The notes beneath the pieces were generated by a model. The model saw nothing but the letters and a program-made list of their open reading frames with translations. It had not been told where the DNA came from and ran no database searches. A DNA stretch of 64,000 nucleotides from contig RHPI01003788.1 in assembly GCA_009103225.1 (NCBI GenBank), positions 273,582 through 337,581 on the forward strand, given 5' to 3'. The DNA is from Chlorokybus atmophyticus (taxonomy: Eukaryota > Plantae > Mesostigma and Chlorokybus algae). Shown here piece after piece: positions 37,511 to 48,919 of the stretch (position 1 is the stretch's first letter; every line of letters starts with the position of its first letter). The translations under genes and the position numbers were made by a program.

Positions 37511-39388
37511 CGATAGACTCAATTATAAATCTTATCCTGTGTAGAATGCAGACCTTACTTATTTTCTTCGATCATATCATGAGTATGCTTTCATGCGTTG
37601 TAAGACTATGCAGTCTCATAACGTATGACGGTCAATGGAATACCCATACGACGCCACAAGAGTAGAAACCGTTGTAACGGGGGTAGAATTTACAGGTATG
37701 CCTTTCCTTATTAAGCAAAATGGACTGTAGTGATGTCCGCATCGCCTCGCAAAGGACAAGTACAATCATACCAGAGTGGCAATCATCTTGCCCTTCAAGC
37801 ACCTTATCATGGCGTCTCAGCAGTGTCGGAAGCACACGTTGTCATGACAACATGAGACATTCCAGTTCAAAGGTCTGGGCAAAGGTGTGCTGGTTAGCGG
37901 AAAGCAGTGCTCATGACAGCGCTGTCCCTTTCTGTCCCCTTGACTTTGACAGATTTTATGATTTACATCCAACACCAAGATCATTGTCGTTCATAAGCCT
38001 CAGAGGTTACCACATAACATACCGTAACCATAACGCAACATAACCTAACATGATATTGCCTCGCATGATGAGTCGCATTACATTGGTCCGGGCCTTAACC
38101 GCCTCCGCTGCAGCAGGACACCGTACCGGTACTGTATCGAGATCAGAGACAGGCATTGATCGAGGTGGCTGTAAATACACTGTACCCCACTGTGAGTCTC
38201 TGAGTTAAAAAGCATGCCGTAGCAGTATCATGGTGGCCTGGTATGGGGCTTGTTCTTGGCAGCAGCCTTCTGGTATGGGGCGCGCTCGCATTGTCACCTC
38301 TCCAGCAAGGGCAGACGGGCCTGTCCAGCAGTCGTCCCACACTGACCGAGTACAGTCTGCGACCATAACGGCATTACCCGAGCAGGTAACGTCCAATCCC
38401 CATACACGTTAGGATATGAGCGCTTACACAACGCTCACGTATATCTTGGCGAGCGTTGTAGCGTTACTACCATTCTGATTTGGAACAGGCGTGGGGTGAT
38501 ATTATGGAAACTCATTTGCGCGGCCAGGTAGAGCTGGCCGTCCGGAGACAGGACTGGACCAGAGTGTCTCAGCGTTCTGTCGTACGCGCGGCAGGCCTGC
38601 CTGACGACAATGCATGCGTACGGACGCTGCTATGATGATGCGGCCGACTGGCGCTGTCAGCGGTAACATCGTACTGAAGAGCCGCGGCGCCTGCGACTCA
38701 GTCAATGCAAATGGCGCCGCGCAGTAGAGTCGACGGTACTCTGACCGCCTCCGTGCCGTACGTGTTGACGGTTACGAAGTGTACTGTCTGCACCACTGCC
38801 GCCTGCCTGCGTACTATCTCATTTTTTGGCAGCACGAGACTATCCATGTATATCTCCCGATATCTACATTGTTTCCTACCATTCCCCTAACTACTACACC
38901 ACTGTCAGAGCTCTCCCTCGTCGATATCGGGTTTGCCCTGCCCGCGGCCTCCCTTCGCTTTCCGCGCTTCAATCAGCAGCAGCGGTGCAGTCAGTATTGT
39001 CTCATCATCAGGGTTGGGGCGGTGGTGTGGTTGCGGGCGTTGCTGGCGTTCGCGGCGACGGCGGGGGCGCGGGCTGTGGCGCCGCCTGTGTGGATTGACC
39101 AGGGGCTATTCCGGGAGAGAGGGGTTGGCTCCAGCGGCCTGCGTGGTGGCGGTTTGGGACAAGGCGTGGCCCGGCCATGCGGCGGAAGTGATATGTGTAA
39201 GTGAACTGGGTGGGCAGCTGGGGTTGGGAGCTGCTGCTGCTGTTGGTCCTTTCTTGTTGTTGGTGCCGTGGTTGTGGGTGTTGTCCGCGCTGTTGTCGTC
39301 GTTGCGGTGCATGATGGGACGGGTTTTGACGACATTGAGATGTACTGCGTAAAGTAATGCGTCGTCGTCTGCCATTGATTGGGCAGGT

Positions 39389-42300
39389 ATGTCGAGCATG
39401 GAGGATGCGCTGGAGGCCGCCGCCTTGCGTGTGGCCAGACAGCTCCAGCGGCTGGACAATCAGCGGGCCGAACTTGTACACTTGCAGAGGTACTTGCTGT
39501 TGTTGCAGTTGTCGTGGTGGACTTGGCACTTTGGTCTTGTATTTATAGTGCAATGCCAATTGACTGTGAGCGCTATGCAATAGGGTATTGGAAGACGGCC
39601 GGCGAGCAGCGAAGAGTGGCGAGGCTGTGTCTTCAGAATGCGAGACCTTTCTGTTGAACACCAACAACAACATCGAGCACATCGCCTGCCCACCCAGCTG
39701 CTGCAATATTTTTGAAGATGACAGCAACATCCCTGACGAAGCTGGCCCGTGCGACCACAGCCTTGACGTGATACACGTGAGCACAAAAAATGCAAGCTGT
39801 AGTTTCATATGCAGGTGTTGTGGGTATTGCCTCAATTTTTGCCTCCATCTTGCACATTGGCAAGAGAGTGTGCGTGTGTGCAAGCGTTGGTATGCTATGG
39901 TGTGTGTGTGTATGTGTGCTACATGTGCAAACCGTCTCACTTGCCTGTTTGGGTTTGTGCAGCGCGTGTACGGGAAGGATCCATTCGAGGAGTGCCTGTA
40001 TTTTTTCATCAACCAGTGCAAGGCTCTGTACTCGCTGCACGAGCTCAACGAGGATGGCACCGACGTGCGCGTGGTCCGCCTCTCTGACGGCCTTGCCAGC
40101 TACCTGGGCGTATCACTGGACACACTCCGCCAGACGTAAGCCCCACACACACGGCATTCAATGTTGGGTTGTGAGTGCAACCATAACAATCGTTGCAAAT
40201 GGCAGTCCCCGGGAGCTGCATTTCAACTCGGAGTCTTCGCGTGTGGTAACGGAGGGCATACTGGAGGCGTTCAGGACGATGCAACCTGTCGCGGTGGAGG
40301 TGACATTCGTGAAAGGTGGGTCCGGGGCCAAGCAGACGAGCGAGGAGGAGATGGTCACGCTCGAAGTCACGTGCACGCCCTTCCCACCGCGCACCCTCTG
40401 CTGCTGCGGCAAGCGGGTAAGCACTTGTTGTTGTCGTTGTTGTGTGCATTGTTGTCAGTTTTGGTGGTCGAGTCGTGTTGGTGTGTTGTCTGACATGTGT
40501 TCGTGTGTGGCAGATACAGGTGCCTGCACAGGTGTTCAACATCGCTAAGGACATCACGGGTTATAAGGCGATGGAGGCGAGTCTGACGAGTCTGAAGCAG
40601 ACTGCGGAGGCGGCCACAGAGGCCAAGACGATGTTCCTGGCCAGCATGAGCCACGACATCCGCACGCCACTTAACGGAATGCTCGCCGTTAATGAGCTCC
40701 TCCTCGACACGTGCCCGCCCGATTCGGAGCAGGCCGAGATGCTGCGCACCATGAAGACGTCGGGGGAGACTCTCCTCTCCCTATGCAACGACATCCTCGA
40801 CATGACCCGCGTGGAGGAGAACAAGCTGGAGCTCGAGCCGCGCCGCTTTGACCCGGCAGCTTGCTGCAATGTGTGCGTGGACATGTTGTCCACGCTTGCG
40901 GCCGAGAAGGGCCTGGAGCTGTCTTGCTGGGCTCGCGGCTCCACCCCGCGCGCCCTCCTCGCCGACGACACGCGCCTGCGCCAGATCGTCTATAACCTCC
41001 TGTCCAACGCCGTCAAGTTCTCCCACGCGGGCGATGTCACCCTCACCGTGTCGGCCCAGCCCTGCACGCCACCACCCCTCGACAACGGCGTGTCCACATC
41101 CACGGACACCCCCGCGCAGTGGTGGGAGGTGGCACTGCGGTGTGAGGACACGGGCGTGGGCGTGTCGGAGGAGGACCTGCAGAGACTCTTCAAGCCATTC
41201 TCGCAGGCAAGTGGCACGCGCGGGGGCAGTGGACTTGGACTCGCCATCGCGTCGCGGCTCGCTGAACTCATGCACGGCGGCCTGCGATGCGTGAGCTCAT
41301 CCGTTGGCATCGGGTCCGTCTTTGAGTGCGTCATCAAGTGCCGCGGGGATCCACTTGAGGAAGGTGTTGTTGACGTCAACTCCACCGACGAGCAGTGGCT
41401 GCCTCTCCCTCCCCCGGCCCTATTCCAGGCCACGCGCGGCAAACACGCACTCTTTGTGCACACCAGCGCACGCATCTGCGAACAGGTGCGTATGTGCGTG
41501 CGTGTGCACGCGGGTGCACGTGTGCGTGCGTGTATGTGGTTTCGTGATTCGTGTTGTGAGATGATCCCATCAATAATTATCACGTATGTGCAGGCGAGCA
41601 AGCAGTTGAGGTGGTTGGGGATGACGGTGCGGTGCGAGTCCAGTGCGTCCGCAGCCCTGGAGGCGCTTGCTTTGGACGGCGTAAAGTGGGACGTGGTGAT
41701 CGTGGACGCTGCGCTTAAGACGGCCTCGTCCCCGCGCGCGTGGGGCTTCAACGGCGTGCACGTCGTGAAGGCAGCGCAGGCCCTCAGCGGCAACACCAAG
41801 GTGATCCTCCTCGCCACCATGCGCGAGGTCACGATGCTCACGGGGAAGAGGCCCCAACACGCGCAGCAGCAGCACATTGGCAGCAACGGCAGCATCAGCA
41901 CGTTGGATCCCCTCACGGGCATGTCGTGCGCCCGCACGCCCTCACTCGAGCGGCTTCGCGCTCTTGGCTCCCGCGACGTGGCTGGCATTGTGTCTGAGGA
42001 CCTCTCCACCTACCCCGGAGGAGACCAGTACTCCATCTACGACGTCGTGTCCCCACCATGCACGCAACTCCCGTGCGGGTCCCCATTGGAGATTCCTGAG
42101 TGCGACCTCACCTCCGTGTGGACACTCCTCAAACCACTAAAAGACTCGAAGCTCATCAGCGTGCTCACCGCGTGCTTTGAGGCCCATGATGGTGCCGTCG
42201 AGGGCACGCGCGCGGAGGCGGGGGTTATCCCGCCGGGGGAACTCGTCGTCCACCGTAACGAGACCACAAACCCACATTACGCGCACAATAATGTTGTCGT

Positions 42301-43333
42301 GCCGGGCATCCCATCAGTGGTTCCATTACAGCACCACGGCTTTGGCCTGCAGAGGACACCGAGCGGGAGCATCGAAAGACCCACCATGCTGTTTCAACAG
42401 CCTTACGCACTCAACCACTACCAGCAACCCTATCAACATTTACAACACCTTGATCAGCAGCAGCAGCACAGCAGGCAGCCGTTCCCGCTGCAACGCCAAC
42501 TCCATCATCCTCAACAACAACAACAACAGCTCTCTACGCCACAGCAGCTGCGGTTGAGAGGTGACCGGCAACAAGCGCAGCAGCAGCAGCAGCAGTGTCC
42601 AGTAGAGTTGATAGCGGAGCCGCTGCGGCGCATGCGGATACTCCTTGTTGATGACAACCTCATCAACCAAAAAGGTGCGTCATGTGGGAGAACAGCGTGA
42701 AGGGTGTTGCACGCATCCATGTGTGTGTGGGCTCGTGCGTGAGCATGTGCGTGTGTTCCCCTCTTGTCAGCTGGTACTGTTGAGTCTGATGCATGTGTTG
42801 TGGAACAGTGATGGCAAAGATGCTCCAGTCTTTGGGCTTCATCCACATTCAAGTGGCCTCCGACGGCGTGGATGCCCTTGAGGCCCTGCGCGCTAGCAAA
42901 CATCCTCACGACATTGTGCTCATGGACGTCCAGGTACACAACCACCCACACGCGCACCCACATGCGCGTGCGTAGGAATGCGCACACGCGGGCACGCAAA
43001 CCTTGACTCACTTGTTGTGCGTATTCCGTTGCGCAGATGCCCAGAATGGACGGCTTAGCAGCCACACGGAGGATACGCGAGCAGTGGGCAAAGGGGCCAG
43101 AGAGCCCGATGGTGCTCATTCTGACCGCCAATGCCATGAACGGCGACCGCGAGGCCTGCCTTGAGAGTGGCGCCGACTCGTATCTATCGAAGCCGGTGCG
43201 CAAGCAGCAGCTCGTGGACGCCCTCGGCTCCATGTACCAGGCCAAAGCGCTCGAGCACCCCCAACAACAGATTACCCGACAGCCGTCCAGCCGCGCACTC
43301 TGCCACCAGCAGCAGCAGCAGTGGAGGACCTGA
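39389..43333 (+). CDS. Hybrid sensor histidine kinase (coiled coil, PAS-like, HisKA, HATPase_c, receiver-like, REC), at least 1050 aa
   Basis: Exons 39389-39489, 39584-39776, 39963-40135, 40206-40416, 40514-41485, 41594-42674, 42809-42933 and 43037-43333 (3153 nt, all GT-AG, phases consistent). H box MSHDIRTPLNG, N box LLSNAVKF, G1 EDTGVG, F box LFKPFSQ, G2 GSGLGL; REC LLVDDN...VLMDVQMP...LSKP. No transmembrane helix in the modelled part. The 5' end may extend upstream (acceptor-like GGGCAG at 39381-86; candidate exons at 38.2-39.2 kb unresolved). Confidence 0.93.
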
Positions 43334-44149
43334 TCTGACATTTTTGTGTGTATCCAACACAACAATCCGTGCGATGAGTTGGATGTGAAGGTATATATGC
43401 GCGCCAGCTCGCGCATTTACCTGCACATTGCGCCGTCGCTACAGCCATGTTATTCTTGTAGTGAGTTTGGTGTGTTTGTATACATAGTGTATCACCATCA
43501 TTATGGTTAAGTAAATATGTAGATGTATGTCCATACGTTGCGGGGACTCACGTGGCACGCACGATGCAGCTGCGAGTTTGCCTCGTTGCTTCCCCTTCCC
43601 TTAGTATAACCTTTACAGAGTGGTGTGGCTAACCACCAGTGTTCATGTGTCACATATGTGCGTATTTTGACCGCGAACAAGCACTTGGTAGTGGTGGTAA
43701 GCGTGCAATATAGGTCAATAATATATCACAAGCGTTGTACAATTAGCAGAGCGGCAGTAGGAGTGGCGGGGGCAGGGCGTGCCTTGACAATATATGGTAT
43801 AAGCCAATACGCATACATGCTCACATAGGAGGGGGAGCCCAAGTCCTGCTGCTGTTGTGCCCGCTGGTGCTGCTCCTAATGGGCCGCTAACCAGGTAGCG
43901 CTGCTGCAGGTACACGACTGCAACATGTGCATGCATGACTAACAGGGGGGCGTAGATGTAGATGTAGGAGTAGAGTAGGTAGCCCGGTGGTCGTGTATGT
44001 AGCAACGAGTTGAGTATGTTTTGCAGACTGTTGCATGCGTGGTGTGGTCTGAATGGGCACACCCCTCGCGCATCTTCTGTATATACACCAAGTGTGCCAT
44101 TGCAGCAAACAGCAAGTAGCAAGTCAGAAGCAGACTCGCACAAATTATT

Positions 44150-44800
44150 ACCAACCGCCGGGGCCCTGCGCTACTGCTACACTAGTGCGCTAAGTGCGTG
44201 CAGTGCAATGGAGTGGGCATGTAGCAGTAAAGACGTTGTGGACCGACTTGTGAACCATCGAGGGCAGGCGGTGTTAGTCCAGGGGCTGAAGTTGTAGAAC
44301 AGCAGCAAGAACTTAGCAGTGCAGTTTAGTGCTGTGCAGAATGCAAAAGCCCCTGCCCTCTGACCCTCCCCCGCTAGCTTGCAGTCTTTGTGGCGGCTGT
44401 GGGAGTCTTGGCGCTAGAATGATGCTGCTCTACATCGGCCTATGATGGAGTCTCCCTCTCATGGCAGGCGCGAGCAGCTGGGCTCAGCCCAAGTTGTCTA
44501 TTCGAGCGAGTGAGGCACAGGGTAGACCCTTGGAGTTGGTGGCGTCCAAGCCAATATGACAATGCTGGACGTCAATGCCATGGCGTGTGGTGATTACCAA
44601 ACAGATGTAGCGGTGCGGGTGGTGAAGGTACCCAAGCGGCGCAAGCGACCACATGCTGGGGGGACACCCTTCATTTTGCTGGCGATGCAGACGCATGGCA
44701 CGCTAGGGGAGGACTTCAAGCACTGTGTGTGCCACGTCGCGGTGATGCGAGGGGCAGAGTAGCGGCGCTAGGAGGGTTTCATACGCCCTTGCCATCAATG
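44150..44800 (+). mobile_element. Remnant C-terminus of a restriction-like-endonuclease non-LTR retrotransposon (CRE/R2-type)
   Basis: MLDVNAM...KVPKRRKR...GTPFILLAMQTHGTLG resembles the DV...K..KY...FIPLA.ET.G.LG RLE motif; heavily decayed. Confidence 0.45.
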
Positions 44801-46949
44801 TGTGGCTTGCGCCTTGCGGGCGGGCACATGCGATGTTCATCATGGAACGAAGAGAGCGGCAGTATCGGGCTTGTGGCTAAAGGAAGCCCTTCGACCATGT
44901 GTACAGAGGCTGATGCAAAAACTCGCATAGATAGATAGCGGCCGTGTGCCAAAAGATGGTATGCTCAAATGAACACATGCATGGTGTTAATCAAACAGCA
45001 CCTGCAGCCAGCCGCTACCAATAACAAAACCACCTTACCACCGGGCAGCTACTAGGTAGCGAGTCGTGGATCATCTATGACTCGCTACATCTACTTGCCC
45101 AGCCCGTTAGTCATGCGTGCACTGCATTGTCAAGCCGATCACCTGTACATGCGATGTTGGTCAGCGGCCAGCTTGTCGCAAGAATGGCAGCCATAAGGAC
45201 TCCCCCTCCTTCACCCCCGCTGCCCGGCAGCGGCGCCACTCTCCCCCGCCACCTCTCCACCACGCGCAATCGCAATCGCTGCCGACCGCTGCTCTTCACG
45301 TCACTGCATGGCTAGGGTTAGCCACTGCATGTGTAGCGGTCGCCCTGCCTACTCGGCTCGCCTCGCGTAAGGCGAGGCATGTGGGCAGGGTGTCATGTGG
45401 TGACTAAAAGACAAATTACAAACCCTTGACGCCTCCCCTCATTGTAGCGCTTTTACCACAATGACCTAGTGTGTAACGATGCTCGTGCTCACATACACAG
45501 AACACAAGCCATACAACACATGTGTGCAGCTGAGCACAGTCTTCACACTGAAACCTTGCCTTCTCCCGCGTAAGCACGCACACACACCGTGTGTATGACA
45601 CGAACACCACTATTTCCCACGCCAAGCAAGAACGCAGTAGTGTGCTTTAGATCACGCCTCTCTCAGGCATACACTATCATACTCACAGTAGAGAGCCGAA
45701 AGCCAAAGTTGGTATTGTACACAAGGGGTTTTCCTATTGTACAAGCGCAAGGAAATATTATTAATAGGCAACTTATTCACTATCAAATCCAAAGGACGTG
45801 TCTAAGCGCAGTAGCGGGGGAAGGCGTGGTGCGTCGGGGTTGAACGGACGGTGTTGTATTTGGTCAATTGAATACAAAGCATCGACTACCGCCGTGCGTT
45901 GGGCGGAATAGATACAAAACCAAATACAATTAAGTGTAAATGCCACTTAACTGTAAAATGCCCGTCACTTGGCCGAGAGAGTAGCCGGTTTGTTAATGTT
46001 CGGTCGGACTTTTCGCTAATATAACATGCATGGGTCAATACTGTTGCAAAATTCAACGTCCCTATGATGTTGTCGTAAGGTGATAAAAATTGTATAAATA
46101 CCACATAGAGATAAGTATGCACTACATTACCTGCTGAAGTATTGCTCATGGTGATTACAACGGGCACGTTGATAACGACATGATAAAAGCATATAAATGA
46201 TCGCGTTAATGGTTATGTTATGCAACACAACTTCATACGAAGGTTGTACGTAGTATTTCTCTAATACTTTCATGCGTAATGTAATGTGTACATAAAAAGG
46301 ATAGTGTATGTTCATGTGCATGCAAAACCAGCTATATATAAATATACAATTAGGAAATCAAAAAATGCCAATTGCATCATGCGTAATACTATGGCAAGCC
46401 GGTTTATATCTTTTATTTGTGCATTGTTTGCATGCAATTTTACATTTATACATTATGCATAAGATTTATACATGCATACTGTACACGAAATTGATAAAAA
46501 AGTATTATCACATGTATTGTGCTTTATAAGTTAAATTACGTAAACATTGCACATTTTATACATTATTCTTATTATCAGCATCATATGATATAATTTAATC
46601 TGACTCCATTATGTAGGAGAATACATCTATAAATTGAAAAATAATAAATAACAAATGTCAACTCACTTTATATCAAGTAATCAAAGCTATAACACAACAT
46701 AATGATGACAATGCTATGTCATAACCATGTTATGTTTAAATTCTAATAAATTGCAAACCCACTTATTAACCACTTCATGTATCAAGCGCGAAGCGCGACA
46801 TTATTCCACAAATGTGTATTCGCCCCGTGATTATAAATGCGCGCGGAGTGCGCAATATGTTTTCAACAATATCATTATGCTTTATGTTCATGAGTGTCAT
46901 ATCCTTGTCAATGTAATCGAGACATAAGTTATAACAATATAAAGGCTGC

Positions 46950-48600
46950 GCAGCAGTGTACTAGAGACCCGTGCAACATTGCGCTCGTGCTTCACAGTTA
47001 TGGTTTCAGCTTTGCATTAACTACAAAGCAAAGCAGCCTTGTCATTAACATTGTCGTACTCGACGGAGGCAAGCGCGTCAGCACACAGGCGTCTTCCATC
47101 ATGCCCGTGGTATTCGTTCTAGTTGACGAGCTAGTTGACGCTGACAGAGTCTATATGAACGTGTCTATGAAGCCCTTGCTAGATGAGTTGGAGGATTTGT
47201 ACGCCATGGGCTTCACCACGCACTACGGTTTGAACTCCAGCCAGGTGGACATCAAGCTGCCACACCCTTTGGCCGGTACGCTTGCATACATTTGTTCACA
47301 AGACCTCATGCGCAATGCTGTGTTATGAATGTAACTGTTGACATCGTCTATCAAGTTAACAATCGTTTTAGCGAGTTGAGCAGAGTAAACACAATCCATT
47401 AAGGGCTGTTAACGATGATGATTGTCATTATTATGCACTTAATTGGTTGCCACCTTTCATGAGTCCATTGAGAGCGTTGAGAAGACTATTAACAGCGACT
47501 ATTTTTGTGCAGTTGTCCATTGCACGAGACAGTTCAGGTTGACATGCTCGGTTGTGTCCTGCGCGTAGCGCTGCCCACAAAGCAACGCGTCTTGATGCAA
47601 CGGGTGTTGCAGGTGAAACGGGGATCCTGAGAGCCGTGGTTATGATCGTTGCCTGTGACAATTTCACCCACAGCTAAATGGGGCAGTTCAGAAATGGCGG
47701 CTTATGCGGTTGCAGGGCTTGTTGCTTAAAGCAACTCATATCCAGTACTCAGTTGTCAACAAAAAACATGGCCAGCAGTTGCCTTCGATGGTGGAAGGCG
47801 TATGAGCACTAGCTCCTTTGTGCAGTTTACTATGCCCTATATGTTTCACAAGCTGCTGAGCGAAGATAGGAAAGACCACGTCATGTGCCTCCACATAATA
47901 TTTCGCTTATTCTTTGACATCTCGCGCCGCTTGGGTTGGGGTTCCGGCCGTCTAAAGCTCGTTGATGCACTGCTCATGTACTAGAAGGTGAATAATGAGA
48001 TCTGCTTTAATACCAACAAGAAGATTCTGGAGCACATTGCGGGAACTTGCCACTTGCTTGACAACAGCCGTCGACATGGTCACCATAATGTGTTCTGGTG
48101 CTAGGCTTTCAAACGCTCTGTGAAGTTGTATGTCAACACCCCATCCAACAGCATAGTCTACTAGATTGGTTTCATGAAGCAATTCGTCAGGAGATGGTTT
48201 GTGCGACTCTTTGGCGTTATGTGATGATCACATGTCAGGCCTGCTGCTCCACCATAGAGTTCCCAATGCACTATTTGCATCTGTAAAACAAAATTCGACA
48301 GGTCCACTTGGTATGAGGTGGCTACAATTAGGCACGCAAAGGAGATATGGGCTTTTGTGAAAGCGTATCCCATCTTGGCACACTCTAAGCACATCAAAGA
48401 TAAAGGCGTTTTGATTGGACGAGGCAGCATTTTATACGTAGGGAATGAGGCCTTATTCGAACGCATCTGCACACAAAAGAACATTGACATCCACACCAAG
48501 TCGCAATGGACAGTGCGTGATTGCAAAGCTTACATGAGGGACGGCTTGGTATACAAGTATGTGCTCGCATTGACACCCGTAGAGATGTCCACTTTATGCT
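46950..48600 (+). mobile_element. Decayed CACTA/EnSpm-superfamily transposase remnant
   Basis: VVLDGG...IMPVVFVL...MKPLLDELEDLYAMG and HGHHNVFWC*AFKRSVKLYVNTPSN resemble CMC-type transposase motifs; many stops; no termini identified. Confidence 0.55.
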
Positions 48601-48919
48601 GATCACTTGACAGTCTTGTACGTGTTATGCAGCAATATCGTCAACCAGCCAGGACTCTTCCCAACAAGCCGGCTCTGGTCTTGTAAACTTTGCCAGTGAT
48701 CGCTCGCAAGCTGCTCTATGGTCTTTCCTCGCCCATTTCAAGGCAAGCCTCCCAGAACAACCTGCTACTATTGTTGAGTAATGTGTATGCATCGACAGGC
48801 GCACACCTGCACATGCATGCATGCTCTAGCGCACCCACATACATGTCACCAGTCATACTTGTGTGTAGTTGTCGCCCGATGCTGCTCGGTGACAGCGGAG
48901 TCCTTGTTCTTTACCTCCT

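Noticed and set aside
40442-42700. 752-aa ORF as the complete kinase
   Set aside because: It starts in an intron, reads through another intron and lacks the REC exons; replaced by the spliced model.
45608-45645. CACTA terminus for the CACTA-like remnant
   Set aside because: The 5-mer alone has no matching TAGTG end with a 3-bp TSD or subterminal repeats.
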